From Octopus sinensis (lineage: Eukaryota), in assembly GCF_006345805.1 (NCBI RefSeq), contig NC_043010.1, positions 56,358,001 to 56,422,000 of the forward strand: DNA of 64,000 bases, given 5' to 3'. The position numbers were made by a program, and so were the translations under genes. Below, piece after piece: positions 37,827 to 51,486 of this stretch (position 1 is the stretch's first letter; each line of letters starts with the position of its first letter). The notes below the pieces were generated by a model. It searched no databases. It was not told where the DNA came from and was given only the letters and a program-made list of their open reading frames with translations.

Positions 37827-37993
37827 GTATATATATATATATACTTAATATATATGTACACACACATACCTGTACACACGTACACATTTCATCTTACTTC
37901 AAAGAGACTTTATCAGGTTTTCAATCTTCACCTCAGTTCTGACGAAACTGATTTCCTTCCATTTACTTCATTACACACATGGACATACAGACT

Positions 37994-38026
<33 letters not shown>

Positions 38027-38140
38027 TCACACATACTGTGTGTATATGTATGTATGAACGTGTACTTATGAATATATATATATATACACACACACACACA
38101 CTGCGTAAGTATGTATACTTATATGTATGTATGTATGTAT

Positions 38141-38171
<31 letters not shown>

Positions 38172-38238
38172 AAGATCATGATGGATTTCGTGTTGGTTTT
38201 CATGTCATGTGATATCGCATTTTCGTATTGTTTGGGGC

Positions 38239-41200
38239 TGTGTTGTGTAGGAGAATATGGTGTTGTGTAGGAGAATATGGTGTTGTGTAGGAGAATATGG
38301 TGTTGTGTAGAGAATATGGTGTTGTGTAGGAGAATGTGTTGTGTAGGAGAATATGGTGTTGTGTAGGAGAATATGGTGTTTGTGTAGGAATATGGTGTTG
38401 TGTAGGAGAATATGGTGTTGTGTAGGAGAATATGGTTTGTGGAGAATATGGTGTTGTGTAGGAGAATATGGTGTTGTGTAGGAGAATATGGTGTTTGTGT
38501 AGGAGAATATGGTGTTTGTGTAGGAATATGGTGTTGTGTAGGAGAATATGGTGTTGTAGGAGAATATGGTGTTGTGTGGAGAATATGGTTTGGTGTAGGA
38601 GAATATGGTTTTGTGTAGGAGAATATGGTGTTGTGTAGGAGAATATGGTGTTTGTGTAGGAGAATATGGGTTGTGTAGGAGAATATGGTGTTGTGTAGGA
38701 ATATATGGTGTTGTGTAGGAGAATATGGTGTTGTGTAGGAGAATATGGTGTTGTGTAGGAGAATATGGTGTTGTGTAGGAGAATATGGTGTTGTGTAGGA
38801 GAATATGGTGTTGTGTGGGAGAATATGGTGTTGTGTAGGAGAATATGGTGTTGTGTAGGAGAATATGTGTTGTGTAGGAGAATATGGGGTTGTGTTGGGA
38901 GAATATGGTGTTGTGTGGGGAGATATGGTGTTGTGTAGGAATATGGTGTTGTGGTGTAGGAAATATGGTGTTGTGTAGGAGAATATGGTGTTGTGTAGGA
39001 GAATATGGTGTTGTGTAGGAGAATATGTTGTGTTTGGAGATATGGTGTTGTGTAGGAGAATATGGGTTGTGTAGGAGAATATGGTGTTGTGGTAGGAGGG
39101 GGGAGATATGGTGTTGTGTAGGAGAATATGGTGTTGTGTAGAAGATGGTGTTGTGTTGGAGAATATGGTGTTGTGTAGGAGAATATGGTGTTGTGTAGGA
39201 GATATGGTGTTTGTGTAGGAGAATATGGTGTTGTGTAGGAGAATATGGTGTTTGTAGGAGAATTGGTGTTTGTGTAGGAGAATATGTGTTTGTGTTGGAG
39301 AATATGGTGTTTTGTGTAGGAGAATATGGTGTTGTGTTGGAGAATATGGTGTTGTGTAGGAGAATATGGTGTTGTGTAGGAGAATATGGTGTTGTGTGGG
39401 AGAATATGGTGTTGTGTAGGAGAATATGGTGTTGTGTAGGAGAATATGGTGTTGTGTAGGAGAATATGGTGTTGTGTTGGAGAATATGGTGTTGTGTAGG
39501 AGAATATGGTGTTGTGTAGGAGAATATGGTGTTGTGTAGGAGAATATGGTGTTGTGTAGGAGAATATGGTGTTGTGTAGGAGAATATGGTGTTGTGTAGA
39601 GAATATGGTGTGTGTTTTTGTAGAATATGGTGTTGTGTAGAGAATATGGTGTTGTGTAGGAGAATATATGGTGTTGTGTAGGAGAATATGGTGTTGTGTA
39701 GGAGAATATGGTGTTGTGTAGGAGAATATGGTGTTGTGTTGGAGAATATGGTGTTGTGTAGGAGAATATGGTGTTGTGTAGGAGAATATGGTGTTGTGTA
39801 GGAGAATATGGTGTTGTGTAGGAGAATATGGTGTTGTGTAGGAGAATATGGTGTTGTGTTGGAGAATATGGTGTTGTGTAGGAGAATATGGTGTTGTGTA
39901 GGAGAATATGGTGTTGTGTAGGAGAATATGGTGTTGTGTAGGAGAATATGGTGTTGTGTAGGAGAATATGGTGTTGTGTAGGAGAATATGGTGTTGTGTA
40001 GGAGAATATGGTGTTGTGTTGGAGAATATGGTGTTGTGTAGGAGAATATGGTGTTGTGTAGGAGAATATGGTGTTGTGTAGGAGAATATGGTGTTGTGTA
40101 GGAGAATATGGTGTTTGTAGGAGAATGGTGTTGTGTTGGAGAATATGGTGTTGTGTAGGAGAATATGGTGTTGTGTAGGAGAATATGGTGTTGTGTTGGA
40201 GAATATGGTGTTGTGTAGGAGAATATGGTGTTGTGTAGGAGAATATGGTGTTGTGTTGGAGAATATGGTGTTGTGTAGGAGAATATGTTTGTGTAGGAGA
40301 ATATGGTGTTGTGGGGAGAATATGGTGTTGTGGTAGGAGAATATGGTGTTGTGTAGGAGAATATGGTGTTGTGTGTGGAGAATATGGTGTTGTGTAGGAG
40401 AATATGGTGTTGTGTTGGAGAATATGGTGTTTGTGTAGGAGAATATGGTGTTGTGTAGGAGAATATGGGTTGTGTTGGAGAATATGGTGTTGTGTAGGAG
40501 AATATGGTGGTGTGTAGGAGAATATGGTGTTGTGTAGGAGAATATGGTGTTTTGTGTTGGAGAATATGGTTTGTGTAGGAGAATATGGTGTTTGTGTTGG
40601 AGAATATGGTGTTGTGTAGGAGAATATGGTGTTGTGTTGGAGAATATGGTGTTGTGTAGGAGAATATGTTTGGTGTAGGAGAATATGGTGTTGTGGTAGG
40701 AGAATATGGTGTTGGTGTGGAGAATATGGTGTTGTGTAGGAGAATATGGTGTTGTGTAGGAGAATATGGTGTTTGTGGTTGGAGAAATGGTGTTGTGTAG
40801 GAGAATATGGTGTTGTGTTGGAGAATATGGTGTTGTGTAGGAGAATATGGTGTTGTGTAGGAGAATATGGTGTTGTGTTGGAGAATATGGTGTTGTTAGG
40901 AGAATATGGTGTTGTGTAGGAGAATATGGTGTTGTGTAGGAGAATATGGTTGTTTTGTTGGAGAATATGGTGTTGTGTAGGAGAATATGGTGTTGTGTTG
41001 GGAATATGGTGTTGTGTAGGAGAATATGGTGTTGTGTAGGAGAATATGGTGTTGTGTTGGAGAATATGGTGTTTGTGTAGGAGAATATGGTGTTTGTGTA
41101 GGAGAATATGGTGTTTTGTGTAGGAGAATATGGTGTTGTGTTGGAGAATATGGTGTTGTGTAGGAGAATATGGTGTTGTGTAGGAGAATATGGTGTTGTG

Positions 41201-41322
41201 TAGGAGAATATGGTGTTGTGTTGGAGAATATGGTGTTGTGTAGGAGAATATGGTGTTGTGTAGGAGAATATGGTGTTGTGTTGGAGAATATGGTGTTGTG
41301 TAGGAGAATATGGTGTTGTGTG
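38239..41322. repeat. 20-bp minisatellite (GGTGTTGTGTAGGAGAATAT)n, ~154 copies
   Basis: Directly visible; recurrent TAGG>TTGG variant units and many 1-nt indels. Confidence 0.98.
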
Positions 41323-41804
41323 GCATTAATTCCTATGAAGGCTAAAGCATTGGTATTGTTGCCATTCGATGACGTTTGATATGTAGAGTACTGGGGTTCG
41401 ATTCTATCAGATGTCAAACAAAAGTGAGGCAAGCAATAATATTGGTCTGTGTGTGTGTGTTTTGTCTTGTTTTAGTGGTTTCACTGACTGGAATACGGCC
41501 ATGCTAGAGCACGACCTTCTGTACGTTTAGCCGATCATAACGAATTCAGTTCTTATTTGAGGGCCGTCAATGGACCCACCGTTTTACAGATATATGAACA
41601 AACATAGACACATATATACACATATATATACACATACGTATATGTCCTGGTTGACATAATGAATTAGCGGTACTTCAGTACGTGGAGAAGAACTGTGCGT
41701 CTGAGCCATCTGGGATTGAACCTGTATCCCTCCTGTTAACCTTTCTGGGTAAGAGATTCTTGAAGAGTATTTATTAGATGTATGCTAGGTAACATAAGTA
41801 TCAT

Positions 41805-41821
41805 CAGCGCCACCTAGGGTG
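41805..41821 (-). promoter_or_regulatory. CTCF-like site
   Basis: Minus strand CACCCTAGGTGGCGCTG; 12/14 match to CCACYAGRKGGCGC. Confidence 0.45.
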
Positions 41822-43049
41822 ACTCTAACTACCACCCTCAAAAAAAAAAAATTACACGCGGTTACAGCAGGCCTTCTTGGAATGATAACTGCCAATAGCT
41901 GAGCGCGAACTCTGGACTCCTGATTTGAAAATGTCCTATAATCGACTCTAAAGATTATCTGTATGTAAATTTGTGCGTGTGTGTGTGTGGACACGAATGT
42001 ATGTTCTTAATTAAAATATTCTTACTTAAAATGCATATACGTAACATATGTCCACATATCAATGTGTGTGTTTGTGTGCGCGCGCGCGTGTGTGTATGTG
42101 TGCGTGTGTGTGTGGATAGATGTATAATGTACTTATGTCCATTAAATATGTGTATTTGTGCACCTAAATTTGATTATATATATATATACACTCATACATA
42201 TTTACATTACATACATACATAAACATATGCACACACAAACATACTCTAAGTGCATACACATACACACACGTACAATATACACACATACATATACATGCAT
42301 ATACTCATACACACATACATACACATTGCCTGATACTCTAAAACCTGATAAACATTAAAAAAATCAATAAACCAAATAATTGTGAGATGTAAAAGAGGTG
42401 TGTACGTATGTGTACGTGTGTGTGTGTGTACGCGTGTGTGTGTGCGTGTGTGTGTGCACTAACTGTCCACCCCGTTTCCATCTCACGAAGTCCTTTAACT
42501 GCTGTCATAATGGTGACCGTGTGACCACCAAGGAAAGCAATCACTTAGCCATCATTAATACTGTTTTGGAGCCTACGTGCCGCTCGACACATTGCAAACA
42601 TCAGTGGTGGATGGCGTTGCAGAGGAGGGGGAGGAAGAGGAGAATGTGGGTCGGGGGAGGCAGCTGGTGGCGGAGTCGACCGTGAGGATAACGTTCACGA
42701 TACTGTTGTTAGATAATGATGATAACCATGATGATGATGCTGGTGATGGTGCAAGTGATGATGGGGTTACAAATTATTTTTTGATAAACCAAAAGGTGAA
42801 ACAGAATAGTAAGCTTCACTTCTAGAATAGCATTACTACTACTACTACTGCTACTACTACTACTACTACTACTACTACCCCTGCTGCTATTGCTGGTTAT
42901 AACGAATGCATCCAAGTCTCTACCAGAGACGTCAAGGGACAAGATTTTGCATCGAAAGATGCCAACAGCTGAGGTGCAATGCAACTGAAAACACTAACGT
43001 CTGTGAGAGAGAGAAAAGACAAAACAGAATGAGTGAGATTGCATTTCCA

Positions 43050-45000
43050 CAGAGAGGAATTCCCATAGAATTTGTGAGGTGATCATAAGTATGATCTTCT
43101 GCAATTCGCTTATTTTGGGGCTGTCAGGGATTTCGTCAGCCTCTTTGTTTACTCATTCCAAGTGACCCAATAATAATAGGTAATGTTGTTTAGAGTTGCC
43201 ACGTTCCACTGCTTTCAATCTCCAGTTCCTTATACTTGTTCCGTTTTCCAAACGTTTCCAGGGCTGCAACATCGATCAGAAGGCAAATCTTTTCAATATG
43301 ATCTGATCTGGTCGCCTGTATTTTCCGATCAGTCTGAAAACTGAAATTCCAAAAGATGGTAACCTCGGTATTCTGACCAACCTGGGGTGGATTGTGTTCC
43401 CACTAATTGTTTTTGTGAGGGAGATTCAGTGAAGTACTACACTGAACAATGTATGGACTGAGCTGCCCTGTTACCTCTTTGCAAGTACTCTGTCGTTGGT
43501 GCCAGTCTGCAGCATCCAGAGATTATGTAGTCGATTGTCTCTGCATGTTCAACGCAAATGCGGCACCATTGCCTGCTCCCGTGTTTCAGGACATCACTCT
43601 GGTGATTCCTAGCTAGAAGGAACTGGTCTTGACAAGCAATGATATACCCTTCACTTACTAGTTTGAGACTGGGGCACTTTCTAGTAAGACTGATGTGTAA
43701 GGGTTTGGTCTACATCAGAGTCCCTGATGATATTTGTCGTACAGTGACCTTTGCTCTCATCTCTTTTGTTTGGCTAAAGTTTTTATTTGCTTTGCTTTGT
43801 CAGTTGGGGACATATTTTCTTCTTGTACTGATTCTTCTTGTTGCCTTTCTCGACGACATATTTTTGCGTTTTTCGCCAGTAAGTGCTACTTTTTGGTATC
43901 TTCATGTTTCAGAACCAGATTTAACATCCAATCACTCACTTGTTGCAGGTAGGCAGAAAGTCCCATGGAGGCAATTTTCTTTTCTCGAGACATATATCCG
44001 ATCTGTGGCTGCTTTGGAGGTGACTGCAATATATAAGCTATATATGACTGCGGGCATGGCCTCGATCTTGTTTCTGGCATTCAACTCGGTTTTCAGAATG
44101 GTTCTTAATCTTCGATAGCACTTCTTCCTTACCTTTTCTCTAACTAGCAGTATCGCCCGGCGTTGCTCGGGTTTGTTTCGACCCTTTAGAATTGGAATTT
44201 TTGAAAAGTAAAAATTTTGCATTATGTGGCTTGTTATTCTTTTTAAGAGAACATTTTTCTGGTTGAAATACACCGAAAAATGGCGACACAGCAGTCAAAA
44301 AATCGTAAAAAATAGGGATTTTCATAGAAAAAAGCACCTTTTTGATGTAAATAATTTTTGGTCTTAACATGGTCCGATTTGAATTTTTTCTCCTACGGAA
44401 GGCAGAGCAAGCCTTCTTCCATCATACTCTCAATTTTGGTCAACTTGCGCCGCAGGGTCTCGGAGGAGATAGTGTTAGTTGAAGGCTACCAAACCTGCCA
44501 TACACAGACAACTTCAGCTTTATATAGAGAGAGATTAGTGAGTGCGTAAACCCATCTTCCTCACATACTCCTAGATACTTATAGTTGTCCTGAGGTTCTA
44601 ATTCTTTTATCTCCAATTCTCTCTCCAGAGTGATGTTGCACGTGTCTGACAGTTTTTCCCTTGGTAAATGTAGCTTTGGAGCATTTGTCAAGCTCAAATT
44701 CCATTTTGATGTCATCCCTAAATTGTTTGACTGTGGGTAGGAGTGCTTGCAGCTCTTGACTATATATATATTTTTTTGCTAACAGCTTCACGTAATCCAT
44801 AAAGAGAAGATGATTAACTACTTCTCCATATACCTTGTATCCAGAATTTGTTTCATTAGAGGAAACAGTGCTAAGCAGAATAACAAAGGAGACAATGACG
44901 CTCCTTCAAAGATTTCAAAATGATATTGAATTGTTATTTCGTTTTTTAACTCGGGTTTTGTTGATACTCCTGGAGTTTTGCATGCATAGCGGGCTTGTTG
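43050..45000 (-). mobile_element. R4/Dong-type LINE, 3' ~1.6 kb (RT end, CCHC finger, RLE), interrupted by a Helitron
   Basis: IFEGASLSPLLFCLAL, FMDYVKLLAK, FRDDIKMEFELDKCSK, YKYLGV, KCYRRLRTILKTELNARNKI, CRICVEHAETIDYIISGC and LPIIIGSLG. Confidence 0.88.
44144..44534 (-). mobile_element. Non-autonomous Helitron (391 bp) nested in the R4 LINE
   Basis: Minus strand A|TC...CCCGAGCAACGCCGGG...CTAG|T; removing it restores the LINE reading frame. Confidence 0.92.
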
Positions 45001-45044
45001 CCTGCAACCTACACTACCATGCTATCTGTCCTTTTCACCTCTCT

Positions 45045-45300
45045 TCTTCTTCTTCTTCTTCTTCTTCTTCTTCTCCTCCTTCTTCTTCTTCTTCTTCTTC
45101 TTCTTCTTCTTCTTCTTCTTCTTCTTCTTCTTCTTCTTCTTCTCTTCTCCTCCTCCTCCTCCTTCTTCTTCTTCTTCTCCTCCTTCTCCTTCATCATCAT
45201 CATCATCGTGACAGGTTTTGTTGGCTATCTAATATTTTCCTGATTGTTCTGTCCGTTCCAAGGAGGCAAACCTTTCCTACCAGTTCTACTCTATTGATTA
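45045..45300 (-). mobile_element. Short non-LTR 3' end with (GAT)/(GAA)n tail
   Basis: Minus peptide ELVGKVCLLGTDRTIRKIL (LQKxxLLGTARIIRKVL-like C-terminus) followed by a trinucleotide tract. Confidence 0.45.
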
Positions 45301-45631
45301 GTAGTATTAGTAGTAGTATTGTTTTTGCTGTTGTTATGATCATCGTTGTCGTCGTCAAACGGTTATCAATTAATAAAAAAACAATAAGGGGCGAGAAGAA
45401 AGAAGAATGATACCGCCATATATGTTGTTGTTGTTGTTGCTTAACCCTAGGTCAGGCCTCCTCGAAAAGATGTATGATCAATGACGTTCCAGTCGGAACC
45501 ATTTCCACTTAAAGTCTATACATGAATAACATTATACCTTTGGCAGACTTTGTTATTTCTAGAAAGTCGAGCAACCACGGAGAAGGGTTCTTGTAGAGGT
45601 ATGGGTGTGTATATGCATATATTGATATATC

Positions 45632-45664
<33 letters not shown>

Positions 45665-46426
45665 AAAACAAAGCAACACCATTGAGCCGAAACACATATT
45701 CATGTCTGTCTTCTTCTTAATGCGATAATTCCGGACACTTTTATATTCTTGAGATTATCTCCCCTACCTATTCGGAATGGGACACAATTGCCACAAGGCG
45801 TTTCTATACCATCTTTGGAAGAAGACCTAATTTCAGTAAAACATGTATGTATGTATGTATATGTATATATATATATATATATATATACGGCAAGAAGAAA
45901 ATGGGGGGATCCAGAGGTGGTATCCATCAACTGCTAGACATTATAATGTCTATTTATTTATTTTAAACACCTGTGCATTAATAATTGGATATTCTACCAC
46001 CAGTATATTGGATAGATACTATCATCCCGTGGTTGGTGGATTCACTTCTAACTCTCTTTGAATTATATATATATATATTATATATATATATATATATATA
46101 ATATATAATATATATATATTATCTATATATATATTTGTAAATACATGCATATTTGGGCAAAGGACACCACGGAACGTAAACATAAAATACGACATGAAAT
46201 ACGAAATACGACAACATGGAATACGAACTTTTTTTGCGAACAACGAAAGAAACAAACGGAAAACAAGGCAAGCAACACGAAATAAACGACCCTTCATCAG
46301 TTGTTGGCTGTTTTTCTACTTTGTATTTCGAGCATTTCACAACAAGATACGTTTTCGATACATACATACATACATTACATACATACATACAAACGTGTGT
46401 GTGTATGTGTGTGTGCGCGCGTGCGT

Positions 46427-46463
<37 letters not shown>

Positions 46464-46599
46464 CGTGTGCATATTGCCAGGATGGCAGCACTGTGCAGGC
46501 GAGAGGCTGGATGGACTCTTAGATCATTTAGAACTATGTGGTGCTGTTCAGTTAGACAGGCCTGGCCTATACTGGCCGAAACCTATAAGATTTATATGT

Positions 46600-46631
46600 A
46601 TGTATGTATGTATGTAATATATATATATATC

Positions 46632-46663
<32 letters not shown>

Positions 46664-46687
46664 GATATATAGAGATATATATATATA

Positions 46688-46724
<37 letters not shown>

Positions 46725-46929
46725 ATATATACTCTTTTACTTTACGTGTTTCCGTCTCATTTAACTGCAGCCATGCTGGAGGACCGCCTTATATATATAC
46801 TTTATATATATATATATATATATATTCTATATTTAATAAATATATATTATATTTAATATATATATATATATTTAATATATATTAAATATATATATATATA
46901 TTAAATATAATATATATTTATTAAATATA

Positions 46930-46965
<36 letters not shown>

Positions 46966-47026
46966 ATATATATTCTATATTTAATAATAATATAATATTT
47001 ATAATATATATAACATACATATAACT

Positions 47027-47098
<72 letters not shown>

Positions 47099-47100
47099 GT
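46600..47100. repeat. Long imperfect (TA)n tract with a SINE B tail fragment
   Basis: Directly visible; ttttacgtgtttccgtctcatttaactgcagccatgctggagg at about 46738-46790. Confidence 0.9.
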
Positions 47101-47367
47101 ATACATGTGTGTGCGCGCGCGTGTGAAGTATGTTTAGCACCCAGAGTTATACAAATCGGGTGTATATTTTGTAAACTAACCTTCAAACGTTAAAATAGAG
47201 CAAAGCCCCGTGCTGGGAGCGAACCACAAACTTTTTACTCACATAATTACATATTGGCAAACATACATATATAAGGTATACACGCACATTCATAAACACA
47301 TGCACACACACGCCATACTCATACTTGCACATATACATACACGAACATGCGCACATAGATTCAGTCA

Positions 47368-47414
<47 letters not shown>

Positions 47415-48339
47415 TATCTTTACAGGAATACACTCACACACAGCTGTTGAAGTATAACAACCAAAAATCAACAACACCAATCGATCAATCGAATTAGAGG
47501 TTGGAATTGATCACTGACGTTCCTTGTGGCGAGGTCGGTGGCTAGATGTTTATGGTGTTAGTAATAGTGATGGTGTTGATGCTGGTGGTGCTGGCGACAG
47601 GAATTGTCGTGGTGGTGGTGGTGGTGGTGGTGGTGGTGGTGGTGGTGGTTGTCGTCTCCGTGGGTGGGTGTTTTGCTGTTATTATTACTATTATTATTGG
47701 TGGTGGTGGTGGTGGTGGTGGTGGTGGTTAGAGGTGATTGTAGTTGGTGCCAGAGATCTGAGAATGAGTTGTCGTTTCACACCAACCATTCCAGTGGTGG
47801 CCCCCACCCCGCACACCACAACTCCACCCTTCCTCTGTTCTACCAAAATATGTTCTGTCATATTTTTCTAATTACTGGCAGTTGAGGGAGAGGAAGAGGA
47901 GGAGCTACGAGGAGAGGCAGAGGCTGGGGAGGGGAGGGGAGGACCAAACAAAGCAAACCAATTATTCCATTTCTCAGTGTTTGAAACTCATTAACATTTC
48001 ACAATACACCACCACCACCAACGACAACGACACTTCCCTCCCACCATCATCACCACTAACAACGACACCAACACCAACGACAGCAACCATTTGCAGTCCT
48101 TCCGCAGTTTCATCCCGTTTCCACCCGTTTCTTACTTCACTTCCAAAATAATAAATAATTGCAGTTGAGCGCAAGTTGTGGATTCGAACCCCCGTCGTGG
48201 AGATACCAGCTCCTTGCCAGCCACCATGACCTATTGTAGGTTATTTAACTTAAGCCAATAATGTGCTTCGGTGAAGCATGAATGCCACCTAATCCTCTTA
48301 GTGTCCTTGCTACGAAAATCAGGCGTTGATGAAAGAGAA

Positions 48340-48800
48340 ATGTCACAGCTCTGTCTATGACATACTGTGACACTATCTTGGCGAGTTACATCGGCGTCAC
48401 ACTGACACAATTTCTGTAAGTTTTGTGACAGACAACAGGCAAGACATGTCTGCGATACATTGTTAACTAGTCACAAGATATGTTTGTGACACAATCTTAG
48501 AAAGATAAATCAGTTACACACTCTGACAGTCACTGCAAAATACATCCATGTTACACGGTAACAGAGATGAAAGAGATACATATGTGATACAATTTGAATA
48601 AGATATTTCTGTGATACACTTAAACACAATCTCAAAAAGGACAATGTTGCAAGTTCAACCAGATGTTTCTTTGATACATTTTATTAGTCACAAAATTTGT
48701 TTGTGACACAACATAAGTTAATATCCATACAACACTTTCACAGTCACAACATATTGTAACGCAGATATAGCAAGTTAGGTCCGTGATACACAATGATGTC
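48340..48800. repeat. Ancient degenerate repeat rich in GTCAC/GTGAC, ~217-bp period
   Basis: gatacatt..tagtcacaa.at.tgtttgtgacacaa occurs at about 48454-48494 and 48673-48711, with many further TGACA/TGTCAC words. Confidence 0.55.
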
Positions 48801-49469
48801 ATGTGGAAAAGATAACAAACTCGTTAGCTCCAACTGGCCAGTTACTCTGGCTTAATAGGCTGCTACCACACAATCTTATGATGGGTTACACTGAAAAACA
48901 GTTATAATTATTGGTATAAGAGTAACACTATTGAAACAGTTTGAGAAGTATGCAACGTTTCGGATACAAATCCTTCAACAGAGTAAGGAGAAACGGATGG
49001 ACACACACAAACAAACATAGACACATACACAGAGGTACGTAAATATAAATACGTATGCATGAGGAATTACATGTGGTAAAGGGAAACAATCGAGAGGAGG
49101 AGTAATCGAAAAAGGGATCACCTACAACATGCACAGCAGGTGGTGGTGGTGGTGGTGGTGGTGGTGGAGAGGAAGTAAAACGTTCGTTGAAGCTTGAATC
49201 TGAAAGACTTCTGTGCAGGAAATATGGCACATTGTCTTGATTTTCGAGGAACATGAAGATCTCTGGTTGAGATAAATGTAATTGAGCGAGAAATGTGTCG
49301 GAAAGGTGAAAGATTAGGTGCTGGTTGGAGGTATTTGCAGGGCTGGTTGTCTGGACGATGGCATGTTTTCCAAGGCTGAGGGCCCCAAACTTTGCGGCGC
49401 TTGAGGTTACTGTTTTCTACGATAGTCCTTGACCGATCACTACCTTGTGAGCGAATTTTGTACACGGAA

Positions 49470-49720
49470 ACTATGTGGAAGCCCGTTGTATATGTGCACG
49501 CGTGTGTCTGTGAGTGGGTGGGTGTCTTAGTGTTTGCGTTTTCTCCACCATGGTCACTGGTTGCCAAGAATATGTTGGTTTCTTTATGTCTCTCTAACTT
49601 AGCGGCTCGGTAAAAGAGCCCGAAAGAATAAGAACCACACTTACAAAAAATTAGTACTGGCATCGATTTGCTCCACAAATCCTTCGAGACGGTGCTGCAT
49701 TGCCACAATCCAATGATTGA
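49470..49720 (+). mobile_element. SINE family B, partial
   Basis: ggaaactatgtggaagcccgttg...aacttagcggctcggtaaaagagcccgaaagaataag. Confidence 0.7.
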
Positions 49721-49884
49721 AAGATGAAAAGATATACACACACACATACACACACACACACAGTGTAGGGGATAGACAGAGACACAGAGAAAGAGTGAGA
49801 GAGAGAGAGAGAGAGAACGACAGAAGCTGTATTAATACCCAAAGACAAAATTATTCACCACCTGAAAGTGCGATATTTATACCA

Positions 49885-50195
49885 AAAGATATCTTCCTCT
49901 GAAGAAGGAACTGGTTTCTAACAAAAGTACAAAACTTTATCGCTGGAATGTTGATAATACAAACAATATCACATTTTAAACTTGAGGAAAGTCTTGCATA
50001 TTCATATTGTTCCGCATGCAGATTGTATTTATTAATGTGTAAGGGGGTTGATTTCTTTTCCTGAAAACCCTAGCTTATTCAAATCGTCACTTAGGCATTT
50101 CCTCTCAAAATCAAGCGCTCCAGTTGCCATTGGTATAAATATGAATTTATAATCTGGGTGCAGAAGCTGGAGGTTTTGAAGGAGTTGTCCCTAGT

Positions 50196-50262
<67 letters not shown>

Positions 50263-50755
50263 AAAATTAAAGAAATATTCACATTAGAAGGACAGCTGAC
50301 TTTTGTGATGGCACATACTTTTTCGTCTCTTTCCCAAACGACAATATTCAGCCTATCATGTTTACACTTGATGGATGTTTTGATGGGAATGACCCACCAG
50401 TATTTCTTGTGTAGCTGTTTTCTCTATAATATTCAATAACACGGGGGGGGGGGGGTCTCTGTATTTATTCCAGGACAGTCTTTTTTTTCCGAATGGCATT
50501 GTAATATATATTTTTGCGTCAATGCTGCGTCGCATAGCGAGGAGGAGTACCTGGATGAATTTTTTGGGGCAGCTGCTAATTATGACATAATTTACATTTT
50601 CTGTTTCACCTTGGAGCTCCATCGGCTTCACAACCCTCTTTTGTATATATATATGTAAATGCGCGTGTGCGTGAGAGAGAGAGAAACGAGAATGTTGTTT
50701 TGGGACTTGCGTACAAATGAGTGTCCACGTAGAGTGATGTTTTTGGAGGTTACTG
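49885..50755 (-). mobile_element. R4/Dong-type LINE 3' fragment (CCHC and RLE), diverged
   Basis: ETENVNYVIISSCPK (CCHC region); the nucleotide sequence parallels 57830-58407; broken by (CT)n and (GT)n. Confidence 0.75.
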
Positions 50756-50864
50756 AGTGTGTGTGTGCATGAGTGTAGACATACATACACATACACACAC
50801 GCACGCACACACACTCACACATACACACACACACATGTATTATTTATGAGGGATTTTGTGTATG

Positions 50865-50912
<48 letters not shown>

Positions 50913-51486
50913 GCATGTACATACACAAACCCCTTTATACATAATACATGTGTGCGTATACATAAATATATGTGTGCGTGTGTGTAAACAGATATATATC
51001 TACACACGCGCATATGTTTGTGTGTGCGTGTGTGTGTGTGTGGTGGTTTATCAGTCAATCTGTCACTGTCCTCTTGGCCCATCTCTGTCTGTGTGTGTGT
51101 CTGTCTTTGTATTTCCGTTTGAATGTATGTCTGTCTGTCTGTCACTGTGGCTAGCTGTCTGTGTGTCGCCTCTCTCTCTCTCTCTCTCTCACCAGAACTA
51201 TCATTACTAATTAAGATAGAATCTTCCGGAGTTGAGTCATTGGTTTGGCAGTGGAGTTGGGGATAGGAATGAGATTTCTCATTACCACCACCACCACCAC
51301 CACCACCATTCACACCCCATGACCCCATTACATACATTATACGAAGGAACCTGAAAAAAGACATTTAGTCCCAAAACACACCAAATACTGTATACATTGC
51401 CTATATACACTAAATACTCTTCGTTGAGTGTGTGTGGAGGGTGTATAAATGCATGTGTGTATATCAAAGTTTTCCAAGAAAACAAT

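Noticed and set aside
38239-41322. CRISPR-like array
   Set aside because: The repeats are head-to-tail with no unique spacers, there are no cas genes, and the context is eukaryotic.
38066-41326. 1086-aa ORF (and overlapping 40896..41432) as a protein-coding gene
   Set aside because: It is the reverse strand of a 20-bp minisatellite whose unit contains no stop in any frame. The peptide cycles through all three frames, and frequent 1-nt indels show no frame conservation.
46260-46335. Additional hammerheads at 46260-46335, 32590-32660 and 10235-10300 (minus strand)
   Set aside because: CUGANGA-like and GAAA words are present, but stems I and II cannot be paired in a valid topology; at most decayed Penelope termini.
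48161-48232. tRNA gene (minus-strand GGTTCGAATCC B box)
   Set aside because: No cloverleaf or acceptor stem can be drawn; probably a SINE head relic. The same applies to 56352-56410.
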